This document shows, piece by piece, positions 59,826 through 64,000 of a DNA stretch of 64,000 nt. The stretch covers positions 4,320,001-4,384,000 of the forward strand of contig OZ257156.1 of assembly GCA_965279375.1 (NCBI GenBank). Direction: 5' to 3'. The number at the start of each line of letters is the position of its first letter. Position 1 is the first letter of the stretch. The notes under the pieces were generated by a model. The model was not told where the DNA came from, did not search any database, and was given only the letters and a program-made list of their open reading frames with translations. The translations under genes and the position numbers were made by a program. The stretch comes from Gemmatimonas sp. (GTDB lineage: Bacteria > Gemmatimonadota > Gemmatimonadetes > Gemmatimonadales > Gemmatimonadaceae).

Positions 59826-60952
59826 GTGGCCGCGACCTGCGCGTGCCCGCGCCAACGCATCGCGACGGATCCCATCGTCAACCCGGCGCCGGATCCTGTG
59901 AATACGAGCAGTTGCCCGTCGTGCACGTAGCCTCCACGCACGGCGTCATCGAGCGCCATCGGCAAACAGGCAGATCCAGTGTAGCCCCACTTGTGCATGA
60001 TCGTATGGGCGCGCGACATCGGGACATCGAGTGCGCGCATCACGACCTCGATCGTCGAACGGTTCACTTGCGTCCAGAACCAGAGGTCGACGTCGTGCAC
60101 GGTTGCGTCAGCGCGCGCCAGCACGGAGCGCACGATCCGCGGCCACCCTTCTTCGTTCACCGACGCCGGGTACTTCTGCACGAAACGCAGATACTGCTGG
60201 ATATCCTCGTTCAGAATCGCGTGCGTGATCGGCGTGCGCGCACCGCCAGCGAACACTCCCATGCCATGACAGTACCGCCCATCGGCGAACAGCTCCGAGG
60301 CCAGGATGCCGGCGCTGTCGCTCGCCTCTACCACCGCCGCACCAGCGCCATCGGCGAAGATCGTGAGCGTCTTCTTGTCACGCGGATTGAGATAGCGTGA
60401 CATCGCGTACGCACCCACCACCAGCACCTTCCGATAGCGCTCGTCGGCGCGGATGTACTTCCACGCCACATCCAGCGCAGTCACAAAGCCGGCACAGCCC
60501 GCATTGAGATCGAACGTGCCCGCGTTGACAAGTCCCAGTCTCCCCTGCACCACTGCTGCTGTCGACGGCGCGATGTACTCGGGCGTGTCGGTGGCGATGA
60601 TCAGCAGGTCGATCGACTCCGGAGTCGCGCCGGCAGCCTCCAACGCACGTCGGGCCGCAACCTCGGCCAGCATCGCGGTCGACTCATCCGGGGTGCACCA
60701 GTGGCGCTGCTCGATGCCGAGCGTGCCCGACACGAACGGCGCGATGTCCTCACCCAACTGAGCCGATAGCTCAGCGTTGGTGACGATGCGTGACGGAACG
60801 TGACTGCCGGTGCCGGTGATGATGGCCTCACGAAGTCGCGTGAGATTCGGCATCGAATCCGGCGATGAGTGCTGCAACGCATTCCGCGAGGAGTCGGTCG
60901 AACGGTCCGGCATCTGCGTCGGTATGGAGGCGGTCGGCGGTTTCTGCATCAT
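59822..60952 (-). CDS. 3-oxoacyl-ACP synthase III (FabH) family protein
   Basis: NAGCAGF, FADGAGA; the usual His and Asn positions read WTQVN and WGYTGSA. Confidence 0.85.
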   Translation of the reverse strand: MMQKPPTASIPTQMPDRSTDSSRNALQHSSPDSMPNLTRLREAIITGTGSHVPSRIVTNAELSAQLGEDIAPFVSGTLGIEQRHWCTPDESTAMLAEVAARRALEAAGATPESIDLLIIATDTPEYIAPSTAAVVQGRLGLVNAGTFDLNAGCAGFVTALDVAWKYIRADERYRKVLVVGAYAMSRYLNPRDKKTLTIFADGAGAAVVEASDSAGILASELFADGRYCHGMGVFAGGARTPITHAILNEDIQQYLRFVQKYPASVNEEGWPRIVRSVLARADATVHDVDLWFWTQVNRSTIEVVMRALDVPMSRAHTIMHKWGYTGSACLPMALDDAVRGGYVHDGQLLVFTGSGAGLTMGSVAMRWRGHAQVAAT

Positions 60953-61995
60953 CGGACAGCCCGGCTTTCAGGAGCTGCGCCCGAAGATCCGCGGGCGACA
61001 AAGCGCACCGGCAGCAGTCGCGTCGCACTCACACGTTGCGGTGACTTTTCGATGAGCTGCAGCAGCAGTCGCGCAGCGCGTGCGCCGAGTTCGCGCGCAG
61101 GAATGGCGACGGTCGAGAGTTCGGGCGTGACGTAGCGCGCGAGTTCGATGTCGTCACAGCCAACCAACGAGAGGTCCTGCGGCAGCCTGAGACCCACGGT
61201 TAGGCACTGCTTTATTGCCCCGATCGCCATCAGGTCGTTCGCACAGAACACCGCCGTCGGCTGGGATGCCGTCGACTGCGACGCCGTGAGCAGCTGACGC
61301 ATGGCTTCGCGCCCACCGCTGACGGTGGCCGGCGCACGCCGCAGCCGCTGCGACGTGAGCGTGACTCCCGCTTCTCGAAGTCGCACGACGAAGCCTCGCT
61401 CACGCATGCGAAAGGCATGCACATCCGACGCAGGGCCAATGAACGCAACCTCGCGATGCCCGAACGCGAGCAGATGCTCGGCGGCGAGACGTCCCGCTGC
61501 GACGGCGTCCGTCGCGATACCGGGCCATCGCTCCGACGGCTCATCGATGAGCACGACGTTGACACCGGCGAGTGCCTCCGCCGGCAGCAAGCCCGCCCCG
61601 ACGGCATCGAGCAGGACGCCATCGATCTGCCGTGCGCGCAGCGTTTCGAGATGCTGCATGACTCCACGGGCGGACTGATCGCACAGCAGCACCGCGTAGC
61701 CAGCCTCGGCGGCGACCCGTTCCGCGCCGGCGACCACATCCGCGACGAACGGATTGCGCACGTCCGGCACGATCACCCCGAGCGCGAACGAGCGCCGTCG
61801 TGCGAGTGAGCGCGCCACGACGTTGGGCTTGTAGCCCAGTTCGGCGGCGGCGTCGAGCACACGCTGACGCGTCGCCGCGGCAACGCGGGCGCGAGGGTGC
61901 TGCGAAAGGACGAGCGACGCGGTGGGCTGGGAGACACCGGCGCGGGCAGCGACGTCATGGACAGTGACTCGCCGCCCCGAGGTAGGAGGGGCCAT
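60949..61995 (-). CDS. LacI-family transcriptional regulator
   Basis: VTVHDVAARAGVSQPTASLVL; YKPN; FCANDLMAIG. Confidence 0.93.
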   Translation of the reverse strand: MAPPTSGRRVTVHDVAARAGVSQPTASLVLSQHPRARVAAATRQRVLDAAAELGYKPNVVARSLARRRSFALGVIVPDVRNPFVADVVAGAERVAAEAGYAVLLCDQSARGVMQHLETLRARQIDGVLLDAVGAGLLPAEALAGVNVVLIDEPSERWPGIATDAVAAGRLAAEHLLAFGHREVAFIGPASDVHAFRMRERGFVVRLREAGVTLTSQRLRRAPATVSGGREAMRQLLTASQSTASQPTAVFCANDLMAIGAIKQCLTVGLRLPQDLSLVGCDDIELARYVTPELSTVAIPARELGARAARLLLQLIEKSPQRVSATRLLPVRFVARGSSGAAPESRAVR

Positions 61996-62014
61996 CGCGG
62001 AACAAACTGATGCT

Positions 62015-62030
62015 GCAAATACGTATTGGC
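62015..62030. promoter_or_regulatory. LacI-type operator palindrome upstream of the regulator/operon
   Basis: GCaAATACGTATTgGC with central CG, overlapping the minus-strand TTGCCA -35 and spacer. Confidence 0.7.
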
Positions 62031-62084
62031 AAGTGGGATTATCCAAACCCAACCATCCAGGCGGTCGTCCTCTCATCATTAGCC

Positions 62085-63014
62085 ATGCGCAAATCCCGTC
62101 CCGATTCCACGCCCCATGACCCGTCGGCCGTCGGCGCTTCGCCTGGCAGATCGGTCGGTGTCGACGCCGCCGTCTCGGGCGGTCAGCCAGTGGCGGCCGG
62201 TGAGACGCGGCGCACTCGCGGCTGGCTGAAGGCGGGCGCTCCGCCCGCACGACCTCCGCGACGGCTGCTCGTCCGCATCGCCATCGCGCTGACGTCCAGT
62301 ACTGCCATCCTCCTCGTGGCGGGTCTCGCCGCGGCTGCCGCCGTCGTTCCGCCCATCGGAGCGCGTCGCGCCGCACGCGACGCGGCGGAGCGCGAAGTGC
62401 GATCGCAGCTTTTCGCAGATGAACGCGTGGTTCACACGGCGTTTGCATCACAGCGACGTTGGACGGACATGTGGCGCGAGTCGTTCGGGGTGGTCGTGGC
62501 GACTGACCGTCGCCTGCTGTACGTGGGCACGCCGCCCACTCCAATGCTCCGTCCACTGGAAGACGGGCCAATTGAACTGCTCGTGGAGAGCTATCCGTAC
62601 GACGCGACTTTCAGTCTCGAACCGCGCTCGCTCTTTCGCGGCTACGGGCGAGGGCTGGTGTTGCGCCTGCCGCTTCGCGAAGTGGACTTCATTGTGGACG
62701 ACGCGCAGTGGCGTAACGCGCTCGCTGTCTCGCAAGCGGCAAAAGCAGCGCGCACCGCCTTCACCGCGGACGCGCAGGCCAGCGAGGCGACAACGCGTCC
62801 TGCCGCTCCGCCCGCCGCGGTCTACCGAACATACATCGTGCAGCGCGGCGAGAACCTCACCGGTCTTGCGCGGCGCTTTCGTACATCACCGGACGTGTTG
62901 CGGCAACTCAACCAGCTCCCTGACGATGAGATCCGCTCGGGACAGCGGCTGCGCGTGCCGGCGGTCAGCGAACCCTCGGTGCCGAAAACAGACTCGACCT
63001 CGACGAGCCGCTGA
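62085..63014 (+). CDS. Membrane-anchored LysM-domain protein
   Basis: TM helix; YIVQRGENLTGLARRFRTSPDVLRQLNQL...GQRLRVP. Confidence 0.85.
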   Translation: MRKSRPDSTPHDPSAVGASPGRSVGVDAAVSGGQPVAAGETRRTRGWLKAGAPPARPPRRLLVRIAIALTSSTAILLVAGLAAAAAVVPPIGARRAARDAAEREVRSQLFADERVVHTAFASQRRWTDMWRESFGVVVATDRRLLYVGTPPTPMLRPLEDGPIELLVESYPYDATFSLEPRSLFRGYGRGLVLRLPLREVDFIVDDAQWRNALAVSQAAKAARTAFTADAQASEATTRPAAPPAAVYRTYIVQRGENLTGLARRFRTSPDVLRQLNQLPDDEIRSGQRLRVPAVSEPSVPKTDSTSTSR

Positions 63015-63021
63015 CCCCGAG

Positions 63022-64000
63022 CTACCGGCGAGCGGTCGTGCCCGTCTGTCCAAGGGAGCTGGTATCGGTGAGTGCGCGAAGCATCGCCACCAATGCGGCG
63101 CGCTCCGGGCGTGTGAGTTGTAGCGGCTCGCGAGGCAACGTCTGGTTCGGCAGCGCGACGCCGATACCGGCGCCTCCGCCGCGATTGTAAAAGTCCACCA
63201 CCTCGTCGAGCGTGCGGTACACGCCGTTGTGCATGTACGGCGCGGTCAACGCCACGTTCCGAAGCCCCGGCGTTTTAAACGCGTACAGGTGCGGCGCCGC
63301 GTGCGTCACCCGAAAGCGACCCGAGTCCGGATCGATCTTCGCGCCCCGCCAAACCGGCGAAGAAGGCACGCCGATTACCTCCACGTCCGTACTCTGAAAA
63401 TTCGGCGGCACCGATCCGGTGAAGAGCGGAATGAAATGACAGGTGGCGCACTTCGCCTTCCCCGAGAACAGGTTGAAACCGGCGCGCTCTTCAGCACTCA
63501 GCGCCGTGCTGTCGCCGCGTAATGCACGGTCCACTCGTGTGTTCAGTCCATTCAACGAGCGCAGGTACGCGGCAAGCGCCACCCGCAGCCGCTCGCCGTT
63601 GATCGCTGAGTCCGCGTGCGCTTCGCGCAATCGAAACGCTCTGGAGAACGCGAGTCGATACGAAGTATCCGCCGACAGTCGGGCGGCAGTCGCTTCCACA
63701 CTGCTGTGCATCTCGTTCGGGTTGCCAACAACCGCCTCTACCTGATCCTCGAGATACGCCGTTCGCTGATCGTAGAATGATCCGTTCTGCAGGCCAACGT
63801 TCAAGACGGTCGGGGTGTTGCGCATGCTGGCCGCGCTTTCGCCGCGGCGCGAGACACTTCGCGAGCGCCCATCGGTGAACGCACGCTGCGGATCATGGCA
63901 GGTCGCGCAGGACTGCGTGCCATCTGCGGTCAAGCGCGTATCGAAGAAGAGGCGACGGCCGAGTGCCACCTGCTCGGGGCGATCGGGCTCGCTCAATGGA
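63022..64000 (-). CDS. Di-heme cytochrome c peroxidase / MauG family (5'-truncated by the window edge)
   Basis: SCATCH, RNTPT, KCATCH, FKTPGLRNVALTAPYMHNG. Confidence 0.9.
   Translation of the reverse strand, partial: PLSEPDRPEQVALGRRLFFDTRLTADGTQSCATCHDPQRAFTDGRSRSVSRRGESAASMRNTPTVLNVGLQNGSFYDQRTAYLEDQVEAVVGNPNEMHSSVEATAARLSADTSYRLAFSRAFRLREAHADSAINGERLRVALAAYLRSLNGLNTRVDRALRGDSTALSAEERAGFNLFSGKAKCATCHFIPLFTGSVPPNFQSTDVEVIGVPSSPVWRGAKIDPDSGRFRVTHAAPHLYAFKTPGLRNVALTAPYMHNGVYRTLDEVVDFYNRGGGAGIGVALPNQTLPREPLQLTRPERAALVAMLRALTDTSSLGQTGTTARR

Overview
The left part (1 to ~29650) is the right-hand end of a siphovirus-like prophage. It runs from the tape-measure C-terminus through tail-tip/fibre genes, a lysis cassette, an ECF sigma factor, a second block of virion-like genes, RadC, several HTH regulators, a Gp157/Sak4-like ATPase/HNH/SSB/DnaQ module and a tyrosine integrase, which abuts the 3' end of a tRNA-Thr(CGT). 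The rest is high-GC host chromosome, probably Gemmatimonadota (my inference from gene content and the EF-P sequence). It carries a six-tRNA operon, efp, tesA-ybbAP, infA, apaG, hppD-hmgA and a LacI-controlled cluster with a TonB receptor, PHB-depolymerase-family esterase, MaoC hydratase, SSS transporter, FabH-like enzyme and three acyl-CoA ligases. Most notable: (i) a ~380-nt multi-domain structured non-coding RNA candidate in the prophage (21192-21572); (ii) a ~95-nt antisense sRNA candidate (24234-24327, minus strand) complementary to a 25-nt leader shared by the Gp157 and Sak4-like genes; (iii) a membrane-anchored PAS-domain protein heading the lysis cassette; (iv) a 21-bp promoter-like motif shared by the holin and an early gene; (v) apparent single-base lesions in the tail-tip protein, the CHAP endolysin and one other gene. 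All calls come from reading motifs by eye; no searches or folding programs were run.
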